Shown piece after piece: positions 1 to 8,803 of a stretch of DNA of 64,000 nt. Source of the stretch: Escherichia phage dw-ec; the sequence record OL739525.1, one strand, 5' to 3'. The notes under the pieces were generated by a model that was given only the letters and a program-made list of their open reading frames with translations, was not told the DNA's origin and ran no database searches. The number at the start of each line of letters is the position of its first letter. The first letter of the stretch is position 1. The translations under genes and the position numbers were made by a program.

Positions 1-17
1 CTTTAGCCATTTACTTC

Positions 18-167
18 CTATTCGTCGTCTCCTACTCCGTGATCCAACTCGTTAAACAACAGATGTTCTGGAGAAGTTTCACGTTTTGGTTTCGTTTTCT
101 TTATGTTGGACTTCAGCTCATTTGCCAAAGCACGAGAAAAGATCTTACGTTTCTGTTTACTTTTCAT
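18..167 (-). CDS. small basic hypothetical protein (about 49 aa, below ORF-track cutoff)
   Basis: ATG at 167 on minus strand, open to a TAG near 18; Lys/Arg-rich; same orientation as flanking operon; coordinates approximate. Confidence 0.25.
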   Translation of the reverse strand: MKSKQKRKIFSRALANELKSNIKKTKPKRETSPEHLLFNELDHGVGDDE

Positions 168-172
168 AATTG

Positions 173-433
173 TTACTCCGCAATTTGAGCCATGAGATCA
201 CGCAGTTCGGTAAAACCGCCTACGTATGTTACCTCCCCGTTCACTTCAGACAGAATTTGTGGAAATGTGCGTGGAGGAACTCCGGTAAGATCAACAACTG
301 TTTTAGTCATTGATTCTAAATCATAGTCTTGATCAAGACTTAAATATTCAAACTGTTTATTGCGCATGGTTAATAGTTGTTTTGACATTTCGCAAAATTG
401 ACAGTTAGGTTTACCAAAAATTACAAATTCCAT
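173..433 (-). CDS. glutaredoxin (NrdC/Grx-like thiol-disulfide redox protein)
   Basis: CQFC active-site motif near N-terminus, TFPQI...GG glutaredoxin signature, 86 aa; sits in the ribonucleotide reductase neighbourhood. Confidence 0.75.
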   Translation of the reverse strand: MEFVIFGKPNCQFCEMSKQLLTMRNKQFEYLSLDQDYDLESMTKTVVDLTGVPPRTFPQILSEVNGEVTYVGGFTELRDLMAQIAE

Positions 434-1275
434 TACCTCTCCTTATTAAGTAATACTGCTAAAGACTGTTCAATACCTTTATTTAAATCTGATTTTGTAA
501 GATAGTGACTGGTTACTAGTTGTGACTTCACCGGACGTGCTGCTGGAGCATTATAGGTTGAAGCTGATACCGCCGATATCTTAACAGGTTCTGGCATCTG
601 TGTCAAGATCTTTTCCGCAAACTCCGCCCAAGAAATAAAATGGCTTCCTGCAAAATGGTAAGTCTTAACAGACCTTGACCAACCTGTTTTTAATACTTCA
701 AAAATAGCTTCTGCTAAATCTGGAGCATATGTTGGGCAAGAGAACTGATCAGCAACAACAATAAAATCACGTTGTCCATCATTATAGCGAGACAACATGG
801 TTTTTAGAAAGTTATTTCCAAATTCGCTATATACCGAGGCTGTTCGAATAATATATGCATTTGGGTTAACTCCTCGCACCATTTTTTCACCAAGTTCTTT
901 CGTATACCCATAATTGTTTATTGGGTTAGGTGTAGTATCTTCAAAAATAGGATGAGAATAATTAAAAATATAATCTGTAGAAATATGCACAAAATCAATT
1001 TTAAGTTTGCTGCACACTGCCGCAATATTTGCAGGTCCATATGCATTAACAGCCAAAGCAGTAGCAAAATCATGTTCTGCTTTATCTACAGCCGTATAAG
1101 CAGCGCAGTTAATAACACCGTCTACATAATCTTCAACAATAGCGTTTCGCACAGCTTCAAAATTTGTAATATCTACACGTTCTTTAGGATAAATTAAAGA
1201 TACATTTGAAGGAACCACTTTACGTAAAGCTTGTCCCAGTTGTCCATTACCACCCAATACCAGATATATTAGCAT
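433..1275 (-). CDS. rmlD: dTDP-4-dehydrorhamnose reductase-like (RmlD family)
   Basis: N-terminal GGNGQLG Rossmann motif; NCAAYTAVDKAE, ISTDYIF, YGYTKELGE, GNNFLKTML, DQFSCPT match RmlD landmark blocks; 280 aa. Confidence 0.7.
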   Translation of the reverse strand: MLIYLVLGGNGQLGQALRKVVPSNVSLIYPKERVDITNFEAVRNAIVEDYVDGVINCAAYTAVDKAEHDFATALAVNAYGPANIAAVCSKLKIDFVHISTDYIFNYSHPIFEDTTPNPINNYGYTKELGEKMVRGVNPNAYIIRTASVYSEFGNNFLKTMLSRYNDGQRDFIVVADQFSCPTYAPDLAEAIFEVLKTGWSRSVKTYHFAGSHFISWAEFAEKILTQMPEPVKISAVSASTYNAPAARPVKSQLVTSHYLTKSDLNKGIEQSLAVLLNKER

Positions 1276-1835
1276 ACACCCTCACTACGCAACTGTTGAA
1301 AAGATTTAGCCATTGCATCTTTTGTTGATAAGATAGGTTTAAAATCTTCATCAAAAATCATATCAAAGCCCCAATCGATCCCTATATCAGGATCATCCCA
1401 ACGTAAACTTTGTTCGCTAGAAGGGTCGTATGGAGTTGTGCATTTGTATTCAAAGATAGCATCCATACTCAAAACTATAAAACCATGTGCCAAACCAGGT
1501 GGAAGCCAAAATTGCGTATGGTGTCGTGCACGAAGAACAACACCGTCCCAAGCACCGTAAGTTGGACTATCTTTACGTAAATCTACAGCGAAATCCAATA
1601 CTTCTCCACTTACACAACGAACAAGCTTACCTTGCGGGTTGTTTGTTTGGAAGTGCATTCCTCGCAAAACACCGAAGTTTGATTTAGACATGTTATCTTG
1701 AACGAAAGTTTGTCTACCAATAATATCTTCGTATTTTTGTTCATTGTATGTTTCTAAAAAGAAACCACGATCATCTTTATAAACGTCTGGTTTGATAATT
1801 ACCGCACCTTCAATTTTTGTTTTTTCTACTTTCAT
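1269..1835 (-). CDS. rmlC: dTDP-4-dehydrorhamnose 3,5-epimerase-like (RmlC cupin)
   Basis: DDRGFFLETY...QDNMSKSNFGVLRGMHFQ matches RmlC signature; 188 aa; 7-nt overlap with rmlD-like gene. Confidence 0.7.
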   Translation of the reverse strand: MKVEKTKIEGAVIIKPDVYKDDRGFFLETYNEQKYEDIIGRQTFVQDNMSKSNFGVLRGMHFQTNNPQGKLVRCVSGEVLDFAVDLRKDSPTYGAWDGVVLRARHHTQFWLPPGLAHGFIVLSMDAIFEYKCTTPYDPSSEQSLRWDDPDIGIDWGFDMIFDEDFKPILSTKDAMAKSFQQLRSEGVC

Positions 1836-1844
1836 TTTCTCTCC

Positions 1845-2171
1845 TTACCAGACATGTTGAGAAATAATAGTTTCCGTTTTAATGTTATATTTTTCAAGTA
1901 GCTCTGCATAGGCTTCTTTTGCATTCTCATTTAATTGCTCAAGATCTACAGCTACGCTTCCTTCTCCGCCTTCTAAATAAATACCATATATGCAATAAGA
2001 CTCATCAGCATCGTAGAAAGGAGAGATGCGACTTAAGTCCAGACCTTCTTGTAAGAACCAGTTAAAATCTCCGTCAAATTCTTCTTCAATTCTAGGATCT
2101 TCTCCTACAGCCTCTTCCCACTTATTAAAAGGTGCACCCTGTAACATACGCCATTCGATATCAATACCCAT
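1845..2171 (-). CDS. hypothetical protein (acidic, 108 aa)
   Basis: ORF track; GAGGAGGA RBS upstream of ATG. Confidence 0.5.
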   Translation of the reverse strand: MGIDIEWRMLQGAPFNKWEEAVGEDPRIEEEFDGDFNWFLQEGLDLSRISPFYDADESYCIYGIYLEGGEGSVAVDLEQLNENAKEAYAELLEKYNIKTETIISQHVW

Positions 2172-2322
2172 TTTTCATCTCCTCCTCTTGAGCAGCTTTA
2201 ATAATTGCTTCATAAATATCGTAAGCAATGCCTCCACAACATCTAGCTTCGAAAGCTATTGCTTCTGCAATGTGGTCTGTTAGTTCTCGTGGAATTCGGA
2301 CATACTCTTTTTCACTCTCCAT
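2161..2322 (-). CDS. small hypothetical protein (about 53 aa, not in ORF track)
   Basis: ATG preceded by GGAGG; fills gap between flanking minus-strand genes; overlaps neighbours by 11 nt each side. Confidence 0.3.
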   Translation of the reverse strand: MESEKEYVRIPRELTDHIAEAIAFEARCCGGIAYDIYEAIIKAAQEEEMKNGY

Positions 2323-2463
2323 CTTCTACCTCCGACCCTGCTTTTTCAAATACTACTACTCGTCCTTCACCATGACAATTCAGGCAAGGAAATGTTACCA
2401 TAATTTCCACTTCCATCTGTCCAGTCCCACCACACACAGGACAAAAAATAAGTTTTTCAGCCA
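2312..2463 (-). CDS. small zinc-ribbon protein (about 49 aa, two CxxCxGxG motifs, DnaJ-type zinc finger-like)
   Basis: Reads MAEKLIFCPVCGGTGQMEVEIMVTFPCLNCHGEG...; strong TAAGGAGGA RBS; not in ORF track (under 60 aa). Confidence 0.35.
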
Positions 2464-2673
2464 TTATTCCTCCTTAATTATTTCAAACTTGGCAACACCA
2501 TTTACAATAATATGACCACAAGACATAACTCCTAGCCAAGGATCGCCGTTTTTCTTCAGGCGTTTACCGAATACATCACAAAAACCATTCTTCATTTCGG
2601 AGGCTTCATAAGAAGCCCCTTTGTCAAAAACGTCTTTGAATGTGTCGATTATACCAACACATCTCAAAATCAT
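2464..2673 (-). CDS. hypothetical protein (69 aa)
   Basis: ORF track; start overlaps nrdB stop (coupled). Confidence 0.45.
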   Translation of the reverse strand: MILRCVGIIDTFKDVFDKGASYEASEMKNGFCDVFGKRLKKNGDPWLGVMSCGHIIVNGVAKFEIIKEE

Positions 2674-3758
2674 TAGAAGTCAAGCTCCTCATCATCAGAG
2701 AGATCTTTGTTAGCTGAATTCAATTTGTAATTAGTTAACTGAATCTCTTGGGCTGCTGACTGAATCAAATCAGGATTCAACCATTTTTCCATCCAAGCTA
2801 AAGGACTATGTTTAGGTGCTTTAAACTTGGCTTTCATTTTCAATCGACGATAAATAGGAGCAGCATTGAAATAAACCCACTGTTTAGACAATTCGGCGTT
2901 AAGACCTACAATAAAACGACCTTCACTAAACAGGTAGTCACACCACTGTTCCTCTTGTTCAACAACAGTGTCGAGGATCAAAGTCAACTCTTCAATATTG
3001 TCTTCGTAAATTTTACGCCAAATTGGGTCATGCATCAATGCATCAATTACAGCATAATCCATCTTAACATGCAAGATTTCATCTAGCATAATTTTCTGGA
3101 TCAGCTTACAAGCCCCAACAAACAATTGTTGTTCTGCCATAGCAAAAGTAGCAGAGAAGGAAGATATAAACTGAATACCTTCTAATCCAATCAGGGCTAC
3201 CATCCCTTTAAGAATCAGCAATCGAAGTTCATCGTTAGCTTCAATCAATCCTAGAGCATACTTATGACCAGCTTCTTCCAACTGACCCATGATATCAGCA
3301 ATGATACCCATACGATTGAAAATTTTATCATTAATCATAATCTGATTGATGACTTCAATTGGATCTGGAGTACATTGACGAATTATTTCAGAATACGTTA
3401 ACGCATGGAGAACTTCCATTTCACTCTGCTTCATCATCATAGCACAGGCTTCATTGTTACTCAAGAATGGAGAGAACAAAGTGATGATTGATTTTGCAAG
3501 AGAATCATTTTCCCATTGGAACGATAAGTTTTTAATCATAACATCATAGTTGTTTTTAGAACAAGCTACGAAATCTTTACGTGTCTGATCCAAGTTAACT
3601 TCGTTTTCATCCCAATCTTGTGCTTTTTGAAGTTTGTAGAGTTTGTGCATTTCTGGATAAGTTACGTTAACAGAATCAAAGATCCCTAATTGCTCCCCCA
3701 AAAATACTGGATATTTTCCTGTTTTGTAAACTTCGTTGTGTAAATTAATTGCTGCCAT
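2673..3758 (-). CDS. nrdB: ribonucleotide reductase class Ia small subunit
   Basis: 361 aa; recognised as NrdB by overall sequence character and size, adjacent to nrdA. Confidence 0.9.
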   Translation of the reverse strand: MAAINLHNEVYKTGKYPVFLGEQLGIFDSVNVTYPEMHKLYKLQKAQDWDENEVNLDQTRKDFVACSKNNYDVMIKNLSFQWENDSLAKSIITLFSPFLSNNEACAMMMKQSEMEVLHALTYSEIIRQCTPDPIEVINQIMINDKIFNRMGIIADIMGQLEEAGHKYALGLIEANDELRLLILKGMVALIGLEGIQFISSFSATFAMAEQQLFVGACKLIQKIMLDEILHVKMDYAVIDALMHDPIWRKIYEDNIEELTLILDTVVEQEEQWCDYLFSEGRFIVGLNAELSKQWVYFNAAPIYRRLKMKAKFKAPKHSPLAWMEKWLNPDLIQSAAQEIQLTNYKLNSANKDLSDDEELDF

Positions 3759-4083
3759 TTAAATCCTCCACTATTTCACAAAAACCTCTTAAGCTTAAAA
3801 TATCTTCTTCCTCAAAATCATTGCTCCGGTAGAAAGCTTCCAGTGCTTCCCATACGCTTCTACCAAGTATAACAGTCACTGTTTCTTCACTTCTTGCCCT
3901 TGTTATTGCGTAAGCCGTGGCTTCTGGATAAAAAGATTCCCAAATCTGCATGTTAGCTATTTCAAGACCGCCAAGATAATGGTGACACCAAGTAGGGGTA
4001 AAATCTTCAGGGCGAATCAACAGAGGCTTAAACCCAGGTCGGTAGATTGGGGTTACTCCAGGTAAAACTATAAGTGTGCTCAT
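3745..4083 (-). CDS. hypothetical protein between nrdA and nrdB (about 112 aa)
   Basis: Track ORF 3745..4152 trimmed to the ATG at 4083 that follows GAGGAGG RBS and lies downstream of the nrdA terminator hairpin. Confidence 0.5.
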   Translation of the reverse strand: MSTLIVLPGVTPIYRPGFKPLLIRPEDFTPTWCHHYLGGLEIANMQIWESFYPEATAYAITRARSEETVTVILGRSVWEALEAFYRSNDFEEEDILSLRGFCEIVEDLNGSN

Positions 4084-4093
4084 AATCCTCCTC

Positions 4094-4116
4094 AATAAAA
4101 AGGGGCTGAAGCCCCT
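4094..4116 (-). terminator. intrinsic terminator after nrdA (possible attenuator before nrdB)
   Basis: AGGGGC-TGAA-GCCCCT hairpin with T-run on the minus strand directly after the nrdA stop. Confidence 0.5.
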
Positions 4117-4123
4117 AGTTTCA

Positions 4124-6364
4124 TCACATCTTGCAAGCTTCACAACCACCATCAGAATCTTCTTGTGCTAAAGAGTCTGCTGATTTTGTTCTACTATTAA
4201 GGTAATACAACGACTTACCACCCAGTCTAGCAAAATTCAGAATAAACTGCATCTCAGCTTTCACTGATAAACGTCCACCTACCAATTTAGAATAATCTAG
4301 CCAAGAATCACAAGAAATTCCTTGGTCCGTAAACTTGGTAAAGATACCATACATTTCTGCAAGGTCTTTAGCCGGAGTGTCCCAGGCGGACTGGTAGAAC
4401 ATTTTCAGTTTTTCGTAGTCTGGAACAATAAATAATACACTACCTTTCTGACTTTGTTTATACATAATAGTATCACGAACAGGATACAGAGAGTTAGTAG
4501 TATTGCTTACCAAACTGCTGGACTCATTAGGTGCGATAGCAGCCAAGACACTGTTACGGATACCACCTTGTTCAATGATTTCAGCACGTAAGCCTTCCCA
4601 GTCCATTTTAAGATCAAAATTACCGATACTATCTACTGTTTTAGCATAAGTGTCAATTGGTAGCCAACCTTGAGGCCATTTGGTCTTATCAATCCATTCC
4701 GCATTACCTTTTTCCTTAGCCAGACGCAGAGAGGCTTTTGCCAACCAGAAGTAATGACGTTCTGCAAGTTCATGCATTAATTTTTTAGCGTAAGCATCTG
4801 AATAATTTACAAAATTACTTGCCAAGTAATGCGCTAAGTTTGTAATGCCTACACCAATAGATCTACGTGCTTTAGCAGTTATTTCGTTATGTTTAAATGG
4901 ATAATCCATTGTTTCAATAACGTTGTCAATTGTCAATACAGTGTAGTATGCAACATCCTCATATTCTTCAGGTAAGACACGACCAGCAACAATAGAAGAT
5001 AAGAAGCATAAAGCCAACTCTTGATCTTCTGTATTCTCACCAGTAAAGAGATCCGGCATACTGTGGAAAGCTTTAGTTGGTAAGAAGATCTCTTGACACA
5101 GGTTTGATTGATACACCGTATCCAGGAAAGGTGTATGGTTGTTAACGTTGTCAGCAAAGAACATGTAAATACGTCCTGTTTCTGCACGTTGAACAATAAT
5201 CTCTGTCAGAAGATCACGAGCCTTAACAAATTTTTTCTTAATGCGACGACGGCTTACTTTGTCATAAACTGCATCAAACTCTTCTTCACTTTTATACAAA
5301 GCTTCATAAAGTTCAGGAGCATCATCACAACTAACTAACATCCAATCTTCGTTTTTTGCTGCTCGACGCAAGAATGAACGGTTAACAACAATAGAATAAT
5401 CCAGTTTGTCTACTCGTTTATCTATAGGTGTTGTTGGATTCTTCAGTCGAATCAGATCGTCGAAGTCTGGTTCAAGTATGGTAAAGGTAACTGTAGCACT
5501 ACCTCCACGGCTTGCTTGCTTCGAAGCTCCAACACTATCTTCCATCCATTTCAGATACGGAAGAAGACCACCATGAATAATACGATTATTCTTAACACCT
5601 TGACCTGTGGCACGAGTTTGAAGATTAACACCAATACCTGCGTTATTCAACGTATACTCATGAGCTAAGTAATTAGCAATGGCTAAAGACTCTGCTGTGT
5701 CATCTGCACGGAATAAACAACAAGACGCACTTCCTTTGATTGGAGTTCGTAGAGTTGTCAGATATGGTGATGGCAGATTAATCTTAAGATCGCTAACATA
5801 AGTATACAGTTTTTTAATATCTTCTATACGGCGTTCTTTTGGTTGGATCTCCATAACCTTCATTGCGATACCAATGAAAAGAAACTGTGGAGACTCATGC
5901 ACCACATCGTTTACTGCATCTCGGATAAGATATTTATCCACCATCTGACGTAAAACAGAATAGCCATAAGTTAGATTTTTATTATGCTTTACAATCTTAC
6001 CAATTTCTTTGATCTCTTCATCAGTATAATCCATTTTAGCCCAATGTCCACGTTCTACCATATCATGATAAAAGGTATTCAGTGAAGGGATACTGTGGTA
6101 TCCCCCATGAGCCTGTTTGTAAATCATACCCAGAAGAAGTCTTCCTGCCATATCACTGTAAGCTTGTGTTTTCTTGTCAATACACGCTGCAATCATTGCT
6201 TTATGCAGATCACGTGTAGACACACCGTCATAACACCGCTTCACAGCTTCTAATTCAATTTCAGACCAGTTTAGTTTACCTGCTGCAAATTCAGACCACT
6301 TGCGAAGTTTTTCTGGATTAAACTCCTCTGTCTTACCGTTAGATTTAGTTACAAAACGAATCAA
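4124..6364 (-). CDS. nrdA: ribonucleotide reductase class Ia large subunit
   Basis: 746 aa; recognised as NrdA by overall sequence character and size, with C-terminal Cys residues. Confidence 0.92.
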   Translation of the reverse strand: MIRFVTKSNGKTEEFNPEKLRKWSEFAAGKLNWSEIELEAVKRCYDGVSTRDLHKAMIAACIDKKTQAYSDMAGRLLLGMIYKQAHGGYHSIPSLNTFYHDMVERGHWAKMDYTDEEIKEIGKIVKHNKNLTYGYSVLRQMVDKYLIRDAVNDVVHESPQFLFIGIAMKVMEIQPKERRIEDIKKLYTYVSDLKINLPSPYLTTLRTPIKGSASCCLFRADDTAESLAIANYLAHEYTLNNAGIGVNLQTRATGQGVKNNRIIHGGLLPYLKWMEDSVGASKQASRGGSATVTFTILEPDFDDLIRLKNPTTPIDKRVDKLDYSIVVNRSFLRRAAKNEDWMLVSCDDAPELYEALYKSEEEFDAVYDKVSRRRIKKKFVKARDLLTEIIVQRAETGRIYMFFADNVNNHTPFLDTVYQSNLCQEIFLPTKAFHSMPDLFTGENTEDQELALCFLSSIVAGRVLPEEYEDVAYYTVLTIDNVIETMDYPFKHNEITAKARRSIGVGITNLAHYLASNFVNYSDAYAKKLMHELAERHYFWLAKASLRLAKEKGNAEWIDKTKWPQGWLPIDTYAKTVDSIGNFDLKMDWEGLRAEIIEQGGIRNSVLAAIAPNESSSLVSNTTNSLYPVRDTIMYKQSQKGSVLFIVPDYEKLKMFYQSAWDTPAKDLAEMYGIFTKFTDQGISCDSWLDYSKLVGGRLSVKAEMQFILNFARLGGKSLYYLNSRTKSADSLAQEDSDGGCEACKM

Positions 6365-6380
6365 CTTCTCCTCCCTATTA

Positions 6381-6635
6381 TTAATGCATATTCAAAACAT
6401 CTACATCATAACCGAACTTCATTTCATTAAAAAGTCCATTAGCATATAGAAAACCTTCAAAATGAGTTATGTCATCAAACCCTTTTGCTTTTGCTCGACG
6501 GTCTGCTTCTTGTCTTTTAGGAGATAAACGTTTTGAAGTGTCTAGAATTACAGTTACATTACAACCAACAGTTTCATCAAAATAGACTTCGATTTCACAG
6601 CCTTCATATTTATTATCAGTCATTGTCCCTCTCAT
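6381..6635 (-). CDS. hypothetical protein (84 aa)
   Basis: ORF track. Confidence 0.45.
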   Translation of the reverse strand: MRGTMTDNKYEGCEIEVYFDETVGCNVTVILDTSKRLSPKRQEADRRAKAKGFDDITHFEGFLYANGLFNEMKFGYDVDVLNMH

Positions 6636-7052
6636 TGATTAGTATCATCTGCTTTCGCAGGATCATAAGAGTTACCGAAATCATCCATCTTAATATGTGA
6701 CGCACCCCAACCTGTAAATTCTTCATCACCAAAATGAAAAATATCATTTTCTTGATAGATTCGTTTAAAACCACAATTAGGTGAAACAGGGAAAGTGAAA
6801 AGCGTTGTATTTGCAAACACTACTCGCTTATCGTTATTGCTTCGGATATTCACATTACGCTCAACAGAATAGTGTGAATCTTCAGCCATACCCAGCATTA
6901 CAAGCGACGCTCTAATAACAGCATTTTGTTTCTCGTGTGGGATATTGCCATTGTGTTTATTTGATTCTAGTTTCCAGATAGGGGTAGACATTACAGTAGA
7001 CATGCTTACGGTAGCCCAAGTTGTAGTATTTACTAATGACATATTTTCTCCT
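6632..7052 (-). CDS. hypothetical protein (about 140 aa)
   Basis: Track ORF 6632..7075 trimmed to ATG at 7052 preceded by AAGGAG RBS. Confidence 0.5.
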
Positions 7053-7096
7053 TCGTTTTGAATGGGAGGACTCACCTCCTCCCAGTATTGTGCTAT

Positions 7097-7124
7097 ATTA
7101 TACTAAAACTAATACTAAAGTCAA
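7097..7124 (-). promoter_or_regulatory. sigma70-like promoter (TTGACT-16-TATAAT)
   Basis: Near-consensus -35 and -10 on minus strand upstream of a GGGAGG...CCTCCC hairpin and the 7052 start. Confidence 0.5.
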
Positions 7125-7140
7125 TAACTATTTAAACAGA

Positions 7141-8139
7141 TCACCATTTAGTATGATTTGTTAAAAGTTGACGATGTTGAATCCAGCCTTTGAAATTGCC
7201 AGACCAAAACTTACCATTACGATCTACATGGGTAATACCTGGTTCCCAAGAGTTAAAATCCCAAGGAGCATTGATAAACAAATCTTCAAAACAGTTCTCT
7301 CCATATTGTTCGTATGTTTCTTGCATTGGAGTGGCTTGATGTTCAAACGGAGAAGCATGAACCTTGCGCCCAGTCAGCAAACGACCATAGATATCTAAAG
7401 CTTTATCTTTAGTTGCATTTAAACGACGATAGCTAACCTGTGCACAACACGAAGCTGAAATAGCTTTGGCTTCTTCCAAAGTAAGCACAACAACTTCTCC
7501 AGATTCATCTTGAACATAGTATCCACCAAAAACAAAATGATCGTCACCTTCTGTGCCAATATTATCATAGAAATGGTTTACATAAGGTGTGTGCCATTGC
7601 CCTGGTTTCAGCACTTCTGGTGTAGATTCTTCATACTCTTTGTGCATCTCTTTAGCCAAAGCTTCGATAGTAGGATCGGCTTCTTTGTCATCACGTAGCC
7701 ACCAGAAATTTTCATATTCTGTTGCTGTCAGAACTGTTTTAATTCGTTGGAAAGGTTCCAGAAGACGGTTTGCAACTTGTTTGTGGTACCCTGCCAAAGA
7801 GAATTCTTCTGCAAAACGTGCTGCACTAAGCGCGGCAAGATCCCACCACTCTTGAGCAGTATAACCTGCATCAATAAGAGCATCATGGTCAACACCTTTG
7901 TCCTGCATACCAGGTTGGTTAGCCCCGAAACGATAAGGACGAGCAGGCTGATTTCGAACCATTTCGATCAGTGTTTTAACAGGTATAGCACGGCTAGAAG
8001 CAGCATTACGACTGAACAGGCGGTGAGTCATCAGTTCTGAATGAATAATACGTGGATATTCAAGTTCGAAAGTTACAATCTCTTTTCCGTCTTCAGTGAT
8101 GGAATGTGCAATAATACTAGCCGAAATCTGTTTTGTCAT
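7141..8139 (-). CDS. ThyX-like (flavin-dependent thymidylate synthase family) protein, divergent
   Basis: TFELEYPRIIHSELMTHRLFSRNAASSRAIP resembles the ThyX RHR...S...S.RY block; HASPFEH motif present but near the C-terminus; 332 aa, longer than typical ThyX. Confidence 0.55.
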   Translation of the reverse strand: MTKQISASIIAHSITEDGKEIVTFELEYPRIIHSELMTHRLFSRNAASSRAIPVKTLIEMVRNQPARPYRFGANQPGMQDKGVDHDALIDAGYTAQEWWDLAALSAARFAEEFSLAGYHKQVANRLLEPFQRIKTVLTATEYENFWWLRDDKEADPTIEALAKEMHKEYEESTPEVLKPGQWHTPYVNHFYDNIGTEGDDHFVFGGYYVQDESGEVVVLTLEEAKAISASCCAQVSYRRLNATKDKALDIYGRLLTGRKVHASPFEHQATPMQETYEQYGENCFEDLFINAPWDFNSWEPGITHVDRNGKFWSGNFKGWIQHRQLLTNHTKW

Positions 8140-8148
8140 TTTTTCTCC

Positions 8149-8757
8149 TTAGTTTTTAAAATTGTTCAAAGTGTTAAAAACATCCAAACATGTTAGCCAC
8201 TGATCTTCTAAACCTGTGATCACAACATTTGGTTTTTTCTTTAGTTCTTCTAGATGGTTATCTTTATAAGGCGTATTAAAATATATTTTAACCACTTCAT
8301 CTGGAAAATATAGTAGGTTATCAGCCCTGTCATCTATTGCTATATCACAAGGCAATAAGTATTTTTCTTTCGTAGCAAAAAAGCCGTTGCCAGATCCTTT
8401 GCTAAAATCAATCGTATCTAATGTTCTTAAAACATGCTTATGTTTAGAACTTAAGTGACCACCTTTTGTCACACTTGCGATCAAAAGATTGCTACCTTTC
8501 CTTGAAACATACTTTAAGAAATCTGGCATACCTGGAACAAAACCCATTGTATCATAGAGATGAGGATTATCCAGAAATCCGTAAGGATCTATATTGAACT
8601 CCTCCCTGAAACCAGGAAAGTAGTTGGTAAGATCGTAATCTGCATTTTTTGTGAATGTGTCGATTTTAACACCAAGGCCACTAATCTTATTCAACCATTC
8701 TAACCAAGCAACATCTAACGGAGCCACAACTAAATCCCAATCACATACTATCTGCAT
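8149..8757 (-). CDS. HAD-superfamily hydrolase (possible 5-prime nucleotidase)
   Basis: N-terminal IVCDWDLVV (DxD motif I); 202 aa. Confidence 0.45.
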   Translation of the reverse strand: MQIVCDWDLVVAPLDVAWLEWLNKISGLGVKIDTFTKNADYDLTNYFPGFREEFNIDPYGFLDNPHLYDTMGFVPGMPDFLKYVSRKGSNLLIASVTKGGHLSSKHKHVLRTLDTIDFSKGSGNGFFATKEKYLLPCDIAIDDRADNLLYFPDEVVKIYFNTPYKDNHLEELKKKPNVVITGLEDQWLTCLDVFNTLNNFKN

Positions 8758-8775
8758 AAAACCTCCTCTCTCTTT

Positions 8776-8803
8776 TAGTATAGTTATCTTATACTAACTT
8801 TCA
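8776..8803 (-). promoter_or_regulatory. sigma70-like promoter (TTGAAA-16-TATACT)
   Basis: Minus-strand hexamers upstream of the 8757 start. Confidence 0.4.

Noticed and set aside
4933-5338. Short ORFs on both strands inside nrdA (4933..5196 minus, 5108..5338 plus)
   Set aside because: Fully nested in the nrdA coding sequence in alternative frames; low-complexity translations; no start signals
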